DNA of 63,998 bases, counting the filler, from Jimgerdemannia flammicorona (lineage: Eukaryota), in NCBI GenBank assembly GCA_003990765.1. It is 3 parts of 3 records of this genome, joined end to end, with 100 filler letters (N's around TTAATTAATTAA, not from the genome) between each part and the next. Parts side by side here need not be neighbours in the genome. Positions count along the whole stretch, not along the records: positions 1 to 21,357 come from RBNJ01001468.1; positions 21,458 to 42,814 come from RBNJ01001469.1; 1 more part is not named here. The stretch is one strand, 5' to 3'. A program made the translations under genes and the position numbers. Shown piece after piece: positions 11,279 through 22,751 of this stretch (position 1 is its first letter; the number at the start of each line of letters is the position of its first letter). The notes under the pieces are model-generated. The model saw nothing but the letters and a program-made list of their open reading frames with translations, ran no database searches and was not told the DNA's origin.

Positions 11279-12713
11279 CAACGTGTGACTGAATGTTTTA
11301 AAACGTCCTCCACACTGAAGTGTGCCTTCTGCCTCCCTGCTTCTGTTAACTCACAGTCATTCACCCCATTCCAGCTCATGTCTGTTTGACCTTCAACTAG
11401 ACTATTGACCTTGCGACATTTGCAACAAGTACTTCTTCTGACCCCTCCTGTCTCATAACACCCTATGACCACCTATCTCATCAACAGATCCTAGTACAAT
11501 ACTTATATTTATTTTTCATTTAATAAAATATAATATAATATGTAAAAATATAATATTATAATATTTATATATTTGGATAATATGATATACTACTCAGGTT
11601 GATCTATATATATTTGATTCAAGATAGTTGTCAAGAGGCTTATGAAACTGACAGCTTGCTCAGTATTTTCAGCATCCTCAATCTTTCAGTATTGATCCTT
11701 AAGTTGCTTTAACAATTTATTAAATACTAAGTAATATATATATAGTTACTTCTCTCTCAAGTAGCTTGGTAGTTTTATATATATTTTTATAGAAAATATA
11801 ATAATATATATAGAACTAAATAATAAGTATAATAATTAGTCATTATTAGGTCTGATAGTATCTTATCTTTCTTTAATTAATATATTATAGTAAGAGCTTT
11901 ATCACTAATTAATCTTTATACTAGATAAGAAAACTTATAAATCTTTTCTAAAATATTTTCAGAACTATTAACTAGAGAAATTCTACTAATATAGAATATG
12001 AAAATAAATTTTTTAGAATTAGTATACTTATTATCAACTTCAATTATCTCATAAATAGTTTCTAAAGTATTAATTAAATATTTAGTCTATATATAATTAA
12101 GTTTGAAAATATATAATTAAAAAATTAGAATAAATATAAGATAATATATTAATAAGTCTATAAGTTACTAAAGCTATAGACTTTAATTTACTATATTATA
12201 ACCCTAATTATATTTATTAATATTATTTAAAATAATAAAGATAAATATTATCTTATACATAATATCTATTTATTAATATTATTTTTATAGTTTCTATAAA
12301 TATATTAAATAATAGCTTCAACTATACAAGTATTAATAGTTTTTTTAAATAATTATATTTTAACTAATCTGAGTTTACTTATATATTATTAGAATTATCT
12401 TAGTATATATTAGTAAATAATATATTTTTCTTATATATATATATACCATTCTTATTACTGATAAAAAAATAGTTACTAATATCTCAATAGCTAATACTAT
12501 TATAAATATATAAAATAAATAAATATTATTTTTACTTATTTATATTATATATTAAATTAATAAAAGTCAATTAGCTATATTTTATTAACTTCTTTAACTA
12601 TTTAGATTATATAAAACTGAGTCTTATTTCTGTAAACCTATAACTATTATATATTAAAGAGATAAAATTAGTCTATATAGTATTTCTATTCTTTTAAATA
12701 TTTAATAAATTTG

Positions 12714-12765
<52 letters not shown>

Positions 12766-13380
12766 ATTATTATTAATAAGATATATGTATTATCATAGAT
12801 CTATAGATCTTATATTAAATATTGATAACTTTATCTTATTGTAAATACTTAATACTAGATCTCTCTTCAAACTAATTTATATAAACTCTTTAATAGTAGT
12901 TGTAATTATAAAAGAATAATATAGTTTACTTACTTCTCTGATTATTAAATTCTTAATAACTTAAGTATATTACTTTTTTTTTTTTTTCAATTATATGAGT
13001 ATAATTGAGTAACTTCTGATATTATTTAAGTAAGTAATTTGGATCTTTATAAAGTATTATATAGATTATTTTACAGAAGTTTTCATCAGAAACTTACTAT
13101 ATATACATAGTAGATATAAATTTTCCAACTGTCACTATCTTTTTATTCACCCATATTCCAGATTAACCATATGTTGGATATATGTATGTGATCATTGCTC
13201 TTTGAATTTTTCTGAAGAAATTTCAAATGATTATTCTACATTAAAAAAACAGGTTTGGAATTGTTGGGCCATCTCTATTGATAAGAGTGTTTGATTGCTT
13301 GAATAAGTTTGTAAGATGTGAATTTTAGATTGTAATGAAGTTTCTTACAGAGGCTGATGAGCATTTAAATACACAAGTTG
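11279..13380. mobile_element. Very AT-rich degraded transposon with an internal (TA)n tract at about 12717-12761
   Basis: CpG-free block between CpG-rich flanks; weak terminal inverted similarity (CAACGTGTG vs CACAAGTTG). Confidence 0.45.
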
Positions 13381-13480
13381 CAATACTGTGTTGGTGCCTT
13401 GCATCGTAGATTTTACGGGGTTGTCAAGAACATATGATTATACAATAGCATCGCTATTATCACAGTCTGCTGCATATAGT

Positions 13481-13825
13481 AAAGCCCACTTTGCCGGTAG
13501 CAAAAAACCATCATTTCACAGCTCAGCCAAACTATGTGGTGCATAGGAATCGTTCCACCCATATGGTGAAGCCCACTTTGCCGGTGGCAAAAAACAACTC
13601 AGCCAAACTAGGAAGCCACTTTGTCGGTGACAACAGCTCAGCCAAACTATGTAGCGCCATCTAAAAATAAATCGGGCACTGCCGAGTTGTGGCGGTGGAT
13701 GCTCTAACGAACCCCTTCTTTCGGTCGTGCATGATTTAATATAAACTGTGTTGTGGTTTCTTCTTTCGGTCGTGCGTGATTTAATATAAAGTTTCTTTCG
13801 ACTCCATAAATACTGTGTTGCGGTA
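13481..13825 (+). repeat. Cluster of short imperfect repeats with TTTGCC-GGT-GGCAAA hairpins
   Basis: AGCCCACTTTGCCGGT-type unit x3, CTCAGCCAAACTA x3, and TTCTTTCGGTCGTGC(A/G)TGATTTAATATAAA x2. Confidence 0.8.
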
Positions 13826-14313
13826 TGTTGAGTAGGTTCTGTGTGAAGATTACCCAACGTTGAAAGGCAAATTCGATCTCTAGGCACGATAATCAGATTG
13901 GCAATTATGCGATCCACCAAATGGATCTTGCCGTATTCAGGAGAGTCGCTATGTTACGTAATATGATTTTTCGCACCAGATCACAATCATAATTTAACAT
14001 GTTCAGGGTTGGTATGAGATACATATCATGTGCCTCCAAAACCGAATGTGTATCCTTACTTTCTTACTCTGACGATTCCGTTGCACGAAGTTGTCATAGC
14101 TGGAACCTAGCCGTCGCGTTTTGTTTACGTAGACGGAGCTTGATTGGACAAAAGTTGGCCTTCGAGAAACTTAAATATTCCCACATTCATCTGTGGCTAT
14201 TGCTTATAAACATGCCAGTCGCTTGAGCGCGAACCTTCCCCTCGCTTATCTTTCCACGAAAACAACAAAACAACCTAACGAACGCTACCTCAACGGAAGT
14301 ATCTCCAACCAGT

Positions 14314-15117
14314 ATGTCGGGCGTCAACCGATCCCCTGCAAACATGAACACTGTCCCCAACGAAATCTTGCAAACCATTCTGGAAAACCTTGAGATTGAT
14401 CAGCTCTTCCAAGTGATGAAAGTGTCTGTCCGTTGGCGCGAAGCTGTCTACTCCGCGCTATCTGTCAGATTTCAGGATACCACCGTGACCTTGTGGATCG
14501 ACCAGGAGGGCCACCGCTCCTGCCAGCCAAAGTTCAAGTTCGAAAGCTACAACTCCAAGATCATCCGCTTCGTGCCCCTAAAGCCCAACGGTGCCGAGGT
14601 GTACAACCAGAGCTTCGGTCTCCAGAAGCCCGTCCTTCGCCTTATCACCGTCGGCACGAATGAGCATATAGACTATTTAGAGAAGGAGGGCAACGTCTCT
14701 GTCAAGCACACGGGCCGCAAGACCCTTCTCGGCTCCGATTTCTCAAGCTCCGACAAGCAGTTACATACCTGGTCTTTCAGCTACTCCGTCGATCATTTCT
14801 ATCGCGGTGACCGCGAGGTCAGTGGCGAACGCGTCCTCACGCCCGAATCCTTTGAATGTTCCATTTCGTTCCTGAACCCAGCTCGCGCTCACAAGGTATA
14901 GGCCGTGCCAACGCAAACTTAACGTGTAATATGCAAATCTTAATACACGGCTCCTTTTCCAATCCAGGCGAAGCTTCTGTGGTATCTCAAGAAGCAAACC
15001 AGGTTCCTGAACAAGAACCACCAAAGGAAGAAGATTAATGGTGATGCCACGTCCTCGGACGTTGAGGATTTTCTGCACGGTGGAGTGAGCAAGGATGATT
15101 TATATCGGTCACTTTAA
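14314..15117 (+). CDS. F-box domain protein, exons 14314-14895 and 14968-15117
   Basis: N-terminal F-box (VPNEILQTILENLEIDQLFQVMKVSVRWR). A 72-nt GTATAG...CCAG intron joins a 50-codon last exon. Confidence 0.8.
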
Positions 15118-15231
15118 TTTGTTAAATAGAATTAAGGTCCATAAGCCACCAGGCAGTGATGATGTCAGCCAGCCACTGTCCAACCCCCTCGTAATTTTTG
15201 GGACCCTCACTCTGATTACAAAAGTGTCACC

Positions 15232-15285
15232 TCGCGTCGACGCGACTTCTTCACGCGCTTCCCTCGCCTTGCTTGATCCACGCGT
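15232..15285. promoter_or_regulatory. MCB (MluI cell-cycle box) cluster in the RNR1 promoter
   Basis: TCGCGT 15232, ACGCGA 15240, ACGCGC 15253 and ACGCGT 15280 lie 54-107 nt upstream of the ATG; RNR1 is a classic G1/S MBF target. Confidence 0.7.
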
Positions 15286-15338
15286 CGAACTCGTCCCTTT
15301 CTGTACATAATACAATAAAAATCCGCACTCTACAAACC

Positions 15339-16922
15339 ATGTTTGTCGTTAAACGAGGTATGCGCATTTCATCGTATCGCGCTTTGCCATCTACCTCTCC
15401 CGACGCATCTTCACCTAAAGGATGCGCGATTCGTCTTTCTCTGAAAGTGCAAACTCTTATACTGGTTCACGCTCTCTCCCGATTACCCATTTGAAACACT
15501 AGACGGACGTAAGGAAAAGGTCTTCTTCGACAAGATTACGTCGCGTATTTCCAAGCTATGCTATGGCCTCAACATGAACTTTATCGACCCTTCGCGGGTG
15601 GCTCAAAAGGTGTGTTTCTGCCCTTATTAAATTCTAACAGAATGCCAAGGTGTTAGTATCAGTGCAGAATCGTGAAAACGAACGCGTCAAAACACGTCAC
15701 CACGCCGTGTCAAGCGCCGACGCGAATAGTTTGTTCTTTTTGAGCTACACGTCGTCTGTCAATCTCGATCTGGCCTTGGACCCATTTAACTGACATGTAG
15801 CCGTATATCTCACTTCTCGTCATATGCCACCATTCAGGTCGTCACTGGCATGTACCAAGGCATCACAACTGTTGAGCTCGATAACCTTGCCGCCGAAACC
15901 GCCGCCTACATGACTGTATCTCACCCCGATTACGCGATTCTCGCCGCGCGCATCGCAATCTCCAACCTACACAAGGAAACCAAAAAGCAGGTTCGCTATC
16001 CAATTGTGTTTTTGCCCTTCGCCTCTGTCTGCAAAATCTTCGTTTCGAACTCCTATCTTTCTCTCCTGCGCCCAACAGTTCAGCTCTGTCATGACCGATC
16101 TGTACAACAACGTCCACCCGAAGCGGAAATTACATGCTCCTCTCATCTCAAAGGAAACTTACGAAATTGTGCAAGAGCATTCAGAACGCTTCAACTCCGC
16201 CATCATCTACGACCGCGATTATAGCTACAACTTCTTTGGCTTCAAGACCCTTGAGAAGAGTTACTTGATGCGGATTGGCGGTACGTCATAGCATAGTCTT
16301 CGCTGTCATCCCTTTAATGTCAATCATATACGTTTTATGCTGATTTCTGCTCCTTTTATGGCTCCCTCCCTTCCATTGTTACAGGAAAAGTTATTGAACG
16401 ACCTCAGCATATGTTGATGCGCGTTGCGATTGGCATTCATGGTCGCGATATCGAAATGGCTATTGAGTCGTACAACCTGATGTCGGAGAAGTTTTTTACG
16501 CATGCGAGCCCCACGCTGTTCAACGCGGGTACGCCCATGCCGCAGCTGTCGAGTTGCTTCCTGGTGCAGATGAAGGATGATAGGTAGGCAATAAATTCCT
16601 TGGGCCTCTTTTTGGTGTTCATAAGAGAGTGCTTCTATATATAGTGTACTATTTTGTTGATCTAACGCCGATCAATTACGCATCAATTGATACCAGTATT
16701 GAAGGCATCTACGATACCCTCCATACCTGCGCTCTCATCTCCAAATCAGCCGGCGGCGTTGGTGTCAGCTTCCAAAAGATCCGTGCCTCGGGATCTTACA
16801 TTGCCGGGACCAACGGCACGTCTAATGGAATTATTCCTATGCTTCGAGTGTTCAACGATACCGCTAGATTCGTGACCCAGAGCGGAGGGAAGAGGAACGG
16901 GAGCTTTGCAATGTGGGTATTT

Positions 16923-16969
<47 letters not shown>

Positions 16970-19359
16970 GGAATTAGGGACACTGCTGTGGATGTCAATT
17001 AACGCTTGATATTCGATTGTATTTTTGCTCAGGTACCTTGAGCCGTGGCACGCCGACATCTTTGAATTCCTTGACCTGCGGAAGAACTCTGGCAAAGAAG
17101 AGATGCGCGCCAGAGATCTGTTCCTCGGCCTCTGGGTTCCTGACCTGTTCATGCAACGTGCGTCAATTCACTTCTAACTCGATTGACTTGGGTTCCTAGC
17201 CGTCGTCTTCACCTTAAATTTCATTGTTTTTCCAACTGCTCTACATGGTTTCAGGCGTCGAGAACAATCAAGACTGGTCACTTTTCTGCCCTCACGAGTG
17301 CCCCGGCCTGGACCAAGTGTACGGCGAGGAATTCGTCAGACTCTATGATAAGTACGAGGGGTCGGGCAAGGCGCGGAAGATGGTTAAGGCGCAGAAGCTG
17401 TGGTTTGCGATCGTTGGTGCACAGATAGAGACGGGGATGCCCTACATGTTGTATAAAGGTGAGGGGCACTCGTGCGTGGGCTTAGGAGGACAGGGAAATG
17501 GGAAAATTTACATTTATTCGATGAGGCTAATGCCGCGCACTTCATTCGTGTAGATGCGTGCAATGAGAAATCAAATCAGAAAAATCTAGGCACCATCACT
17601 TGCTCAAATCTGTGCACAGGTGCGCTGAACACTATCCATCCAAGCAAGCGCGTGTTTTTACAAGAGGCAAATCTTGCATTCCACTCCTTCGTCTCCATCC
17701 TTCATAACAGTTTTATAAAACCTCCCGGTCATCATGCAGAAATTATTGAGTATACGGCGCCTGACGAAGTAGCCGTTTGTAACTTGGCCTCGATTGCGCT
17801 GCCAAAATTCGTGGACGCCCGTTCGCGCCGCTTTGATTTTAAGAAACTGCATCAGATTGTCAAGGTTGTCACCAAGAATCTCAACAAGGTCATCGACATC
17901 AATTATTATCCAGTGCCAGAGGCGAAGAAAAGTAATATGAGGCATAGGCCGTAAGTACCTACCTATCCCGTCAGTTCTACGTCTGGATTGTTTGCCACAT
18001 TCATTAAGGTTTTTGCGACCTTTCCCATCCTGCCTTTTCCTAGCATCGGTCTCGGCGTTCAAGGCCTCGCAGACGCCTTTTTGATGATGCGGTACGCCTT
18101 CGAATCACCCGAGGCACGCACCCTCAACCGGGACATCTTCGAGACCCTCTACTATGCCGCTATGGAAGCATCGTGCGAGCTCGCCGCCGAAAAGGGGCCC
18201 TACGAGACGTATGATGGATCTCCCATCAGTCAGGGTATACTCCAGTACGACATGTGGGGTGTCACGCCCACGGATAGGTGGGATTGGGCCGCGCTCAAAG
18301 CCAAGATCGCTAAGCATGGTGTGAGAAACTCGTTATTGGTGGCGCCAATGCCTACGGCGAGCACCAGCCAAATTTTGGGGAATAACGAATGCTTTGAGCC
18401 CTATACTAGGTGTGTTACTGGATAGATTGGGCGGATGATGTGTGATGTGCCAATGACATGACGACATTGGATGGTTTTCGGAAATTTGCTCATATTGTCT
18501 TACTCGCTGTCAGCAATATCTATCAGAGGCGCGTGATGAGCGGCGAATTTCAGATCGTTGTATGTACTCGCATTATTTCGCATTTTGTGTTTATGTTCTT
18601 TTCTTGGGCTCAATCAACGACAGATATTAAATACCGCACTTTATATTCCATTCTACTGACATAGAATTACCATCTTCTCAACGATCTCACTGAAATGGGA
18701 GTTTGGAGCGAATCCATGAAGAACCAGATCATCGCCGACAACGGCTCCGTGCAAAACCTTCCCGAGCTTTCCGAGGACTTCAAGAAGCTGTACAAGACGA
18801 CCTGGGAGATCTCGCAACGCGTTCTCATTGACCTTGCCGCGGACCGCGCGCCCTTTATCGATCAATCGCAAAGCCTAAACGTCTTCATCCCGGAACCTAA
18901 CGTTGGCAAGATGACCAGTATGCACTTCTATGCGTGGAAGAAGGGCCTGAAGACCGGCATGTATTATCTTAGGTCCAGGCCTGCGGTGGATGCTATCAAG
19001 TTCACGGTCGATCAGGTTAGGTTGAAGGAGAGGTTGACGGCGAATGGTGTGGTGAATGGAGCGGCGAAGGTGAATGGAGTGGTGAAGGCAAATGGTGTGA
19101 ACAAGGCCACGGGTATTGTCAAGGATATCAAGGTCGAGGAGAAGATACAGGAAGTGGTGGAGAGCGATGAAGGGGAAAGGTATGATGACGGGCAGGCCGC
19201 GATTGCGTGTTCGGTAAGTGAGGATACCGTTGATCTTTGATCGTTGATTACGCAAGGGAAATATCAGTCAAATCTCGCCGACATTAATCTAAATTGTTAA
19301 ATTTCCCCTTTCGATTATAGCTTGACAACCCTGATGCATGCGTTATGTGCAGTGGTTAA
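15339..19359 (+). CDS. RNR1: Ribonucleoside-diphosphate reductase large subunit, 14 exons
   Basis: ATP-cone start [69 protein letters not shown] and KTGMYYLR. The last 39-nt exon (19321-19359) encodes the redox CVMC tail. Thirteen GT-AG introns keep the frame. Confidence 0.97.
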
Positions 19360-19754
19360 AATCAACATTTGGTCATTCATGTCTGTGCAACCATCTGGCC
19401 GTATCAATTTTTTTTTTTTGTTATTTTGGTGCTGTGCTGGCTGACCATATTTTTGTCATGTTAATGTATATTTTCTTGCCTCGCACATGCAATTGCATAT
19501 GTCTTGTAGTATCTGTATTTATTTATTTGGTAAATTCAACGAATGACCTTTTACAATGGGGTGGTGGGGTGGGGTGGTGATGCAGTGCAGTGGATTGTGA
19601 CTTGGTGTTGACGGCAAGCCGAGCATGCCGCATCTGGAGCATGCCGCATTTGGAAATTATGGCGACAGTCACGTGGCCGATTTTGCCCCAAGAATTTAAC
19701 CAAACGCCCCTTCTCTTTGCTGCTCTCTCCACCTCTTTCCGCTCCGCGACTCCC

Positions 19755-21315
19755 ATGTTCTTCGACCAATTCTTCGAGCGTCTGTCCGTCCTCTCGGGCG
19801 GGATCCCCGCGGATAATCTTAAGATAGCCTTCTCCGTCCTGCTCACCTACCCTTACGCCGTCATCTTCAACAACCTGCCAAACAACCCCCAGGCGAAGCA
19901 CCTCTTCTCTATCTTCATCACCACCATAACCTTCGCCTGGTTCCACGAGCTCTACGTCGGTTTCATCCACCTGATTACCGGTATATTGATGACCTACGCT
20001 ATAATGAAGTACAACAGGGGGAAGTGGGCTCCGGTGGCCGTATTCGTCCTTACCATGGCCCACATGTCGTATTGGTACGTTACTTGTTTTTCTCTCTGTG
20101 GCGGAATCTTGTCACAGTTAAATTGGTTAGAGCAGAACCGATCAGCAAAGGCGTAGAAAACCGACCTCCTCGTTATCAGGGCGAAACGCCCTCGTATATA
20201 TAATTAGTTCCCTTTTCGAGAAAGCTATACAACGGTGCCCAGGGTTTCATATCTGTGCTTTAATCAACCTTCTAATCTGTCGTCTCCCCAATCTCCAGCC
20301 ATATTGTCCGCCAGATGGAGGGCCACCTCGGCGATGCCGGTTTTGATCACACCGGACCGCAGATGGTCCTGACCATGAAGCTTACGTCATTCGCCTTCAA
20401 TGTGTACGATGGGACAAAACTCGAGAGTGTATGTCAATCACATTGGTTTGATTCCAACGGACCCATGCGGCTAGTGACAGGTCCAGTAAATCTCACCCTA
20501 ACACCCCTTGCGCATACAGAAACTCTCCGAGTATCAACGTAGCAAGCAGATCCGCACCTTCCCCTCACTCATCGAATACATGGGCTGGGCGCTCTTCTTT
20601 GGTGGCTTCCTGGGTGGCCCCGCGTTCGAGTTCGCAGACTACAAGAACTTTGTCGACATGACCGTTTTCACCGTCAAGGACGAGAAGACAGGCAAGACCA
20701 AGATGTTCAAGCCGAACGGCACCGTCCCGGCGCTCAGGAAGCTCGGTCTGAGCTTCGTGTTCGTCGTCGTCCTCGCCACCGTCGCGCCACACTTTAACGT
20801 GCAGGCCGCACTGAAGCCTGAATGGGCATCCGAAGCGTTCTGGAAGAAGTATATAGTCATGCGAACGTGTGACGTTTATCGTGATGTGGGAAAATGAATT
20901 TCATGATCTCAATATCAGACTTCTCATCACCCAATCGTCGCCTTCTCACTCTCGCTCTACAATCATAGATTCTTGTTCGTCCAGGTGGTGAGCTTCTGCG
21001 TTCGTGTGAAATACTACATCATCTGGCTGATGGCTGAAGGGGCGTGCATCCTGTGCGGACTGGGCTTCAATGGGTACGACGCGAAAACGGGTACGGCCAA
21101 GTGGAACCGGGTGCCCAATATCGACGTCGTCGGGTACGAGACCGCCCAGAACATCAAGGAGCTGCTGGAATCCTGGAACATGCGCACCAACGTATGGCTC
21201 AAGAACTACGTCTACCTGCGGGTTACACCTCCCGGGGCCAAGCCCGGTTTTCTTAGTACTCTAGTGACGTTTGGAACAAGTGCGCTGTGGCATGGATTCC
21301 ATCCGGGCTATTACC
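19755..21315 (+). CDS. ALE1: MBOAT lysophospholipid acyltransferase (Ale1/LPCAT3 type), 3' end cut off by the contig end
   Basis: D.TGPQMVLTMKLTSFA, GGFLGGPAFEF, KYYIIWL.AEGAC, WNMRTN.WL and catalytic SALWHGFHPGYY; four exons visible. Confidence 0.9.
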
Positions 21316-21357
21316 GTGAGTGTCGGTGTGGGATGGGTTCTAAGCACTCTTTTTTTT

Positions 21358-21457
21358 NNNNNNNNNNNNNNNNNNNNNNNNNNNNNNNNNNNNNNNNNNN
21401 NTTAATTAATTAANNNNNNNNNNNNNNNNNNNNNNNNNNNNNNNNNNNNNNNNNNNN
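21358..21457. other. Artificial contig linker (N44-TTAATTAATTAA-N44)
   Basis: Stop-in-all-frames spacer flanked by Ns; identical to the one at 42815-42914. Confidence 0.97.
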
Positions 21458-21506
21458 AAAAAAAAAAAAAAAAAATGGCTGATGCATTTTTAGTTATGTT
21501 CTTTGT

Positions 21507-22751
21507 TTGTCTCTCTTATACATACTTTTCCACATGTCTTCCATTTGCTTTGATACTGGCTCTGTGTTCACTCTCTTGGCTCCCGCTGGGCCTTCTTCCT
21601 CCTCTGCTATACCACCTGCCCTTGGGGCCTCTGTCCTCATTGACGAGCTCATAGATGAGGAACTTCCTCCTCCCCTCCCCCTGCCTTCACCCCCACCACT
21701 GTCTCATTCGAGACTTATGTCTCATCTGCTATCCTTTCCCTCTCCTTGGACCTTCATCCCTCTGGTCATCTGCTCCTCTCTCAGTTCCAGTCAGTTCTTG
21801 CCCTCTCTGCCAAGGAGGCTCATCTCCGCCATAACATTGACGTCGTCACTCTGCCCGCCATTCGCTACTCTGTTCTCTCTGAGGCCTGCTGCTAAGCTCT
21901 CTCTGAAGAGGTTCATGCTGCTACTGCCACTACCAAGCTTACCACTGCTGATGCCCACCACTGCTTCCGCCACCACCACTTCTGCCTCTTTCCACCATGC
22001 CTGTGCTGCCTTCGTGGCCTTCACCTCCTCTTGTCTTTTGGATGCTGCCCCCTTCTGTGGCTTCGCCATCCAAGACATTCCTTCTGTTGCAGCTGACATT
22101 GATGCTGTGTGTCATTTTCTCCTCACTGGTACCTCTTTTGTTGCTCGCCTTCATGAGCAGGAGACATCATGTGCTGCCGCCACTGCTCACACTGCTGCCA
22201 CTGCTCCCCTGCCTATCTCCCCCAAGGTTTTGGTCTCTGAGGCCATTCGTGCCAAAGCTCATGCTACTGCTCATGCTGAGGTTCATTCCTTCACCACTGC
22301 CGCCGCCAAGGCCCCCTCCAAGACCCCTGCCAAGACCCCCGCCAAGCCCAATCAGGCTTCATCAGCCTCTTCCCAGTCCCCCTCCCCCACCAAGGCTTCC
22401 TCCTCTATTCTCCCTGCCCCCAAATGTGGCCGCCAACTTGGTTCTCACCCTGTCAGGGCCTGGCCTTATGCTGTCTGCTCTGGTTGCCTCCACCATGCCT
22501 ACTGGTACCCAGCCAAGTCTGTCTGTCCTCATGGTAGTGTTCCTTGCACTGCTGCCTCTTCGGCTGCTCGCTCGCCTTCGGCCTCCTCCACCGGTTCCTC
22601 CTCCACCTCCTCTACCTGTGTCCCTGAATGTAAGGGCTGCATGAAAGCCTGTGGCCACAAGGTCTGGCACTCTGACAGGGTGTGCTCCCATTTGTCGGAC
22701 TCGCCACCTTCAAAAAAAGTCAGAGGGAAGGGGAAGGCCTCCTGCTCTTAA
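21507..22751 (+). CDS. PLE ORF1, Ala/Pro/Ser-rich with Cys clusters; start uncertain
   Basis: 414-codon open frame directly upstream of the RT; CSGC...C...C and PECKGC...C motifs. Confidence 0.55.
   Translation: MSLLYILFHMSSICFDTGSVFTLLAPAGPSSSSAIPPALGASVLIDELIDEELPPPLPLPSPPPLSHSRLMSHLLSFPSPWTFIPLVICSSLSSSQFLPSLPRRLISAITLTSSLCPPFATLFSLRPAAKLSLKRFMLLLPLPSLPLLMPTTASATTTSASFHHACAAFVAFTSSCLLDAAPFCGFAIQDIPSVAADIDAVCHFLLTGTSFVARLHEQETSCAAATAHTAATAPLPISPKVLVSEAIRAKAHATAHAEVHSFTTAAAKAPSKTPAKTPAKPNQASSASSQSPSPTKASSSILPAPKCGRQLGSHPVRAWPYAVCSGCLHHAYWYPAKSVCPHGSVPCTAASSAARSPSASSTGSSSTSSTCVPECKGCMKACGHKVWHSDRVCSHLSDSPPSKKVRGKGKASCS

Noticed and set aside
19590..19754. Upstream extension of the MBOAT ORF from a GTG start
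   Set aside because: Covers promoter motifs; the first plausible ATG is at 19755.
21358..21457. Palindromic TTAATTAATTAA between N runs, repeated at 42815-42914; the first two segments are both 21357 bp
   Set aside because: Assembly linker between contigs that appear to be sorted by size; not biological. Linkage across it, such as RNR1 with the dUTPase elements, is meaningless.
21478..21490. Possible hammerhead ribozyme in the PLE terminal repeats
   Set aside because: The core reads CTGATGC/CTGATGT rather than CTGANGA, and no GAAA or flanking stems were found.
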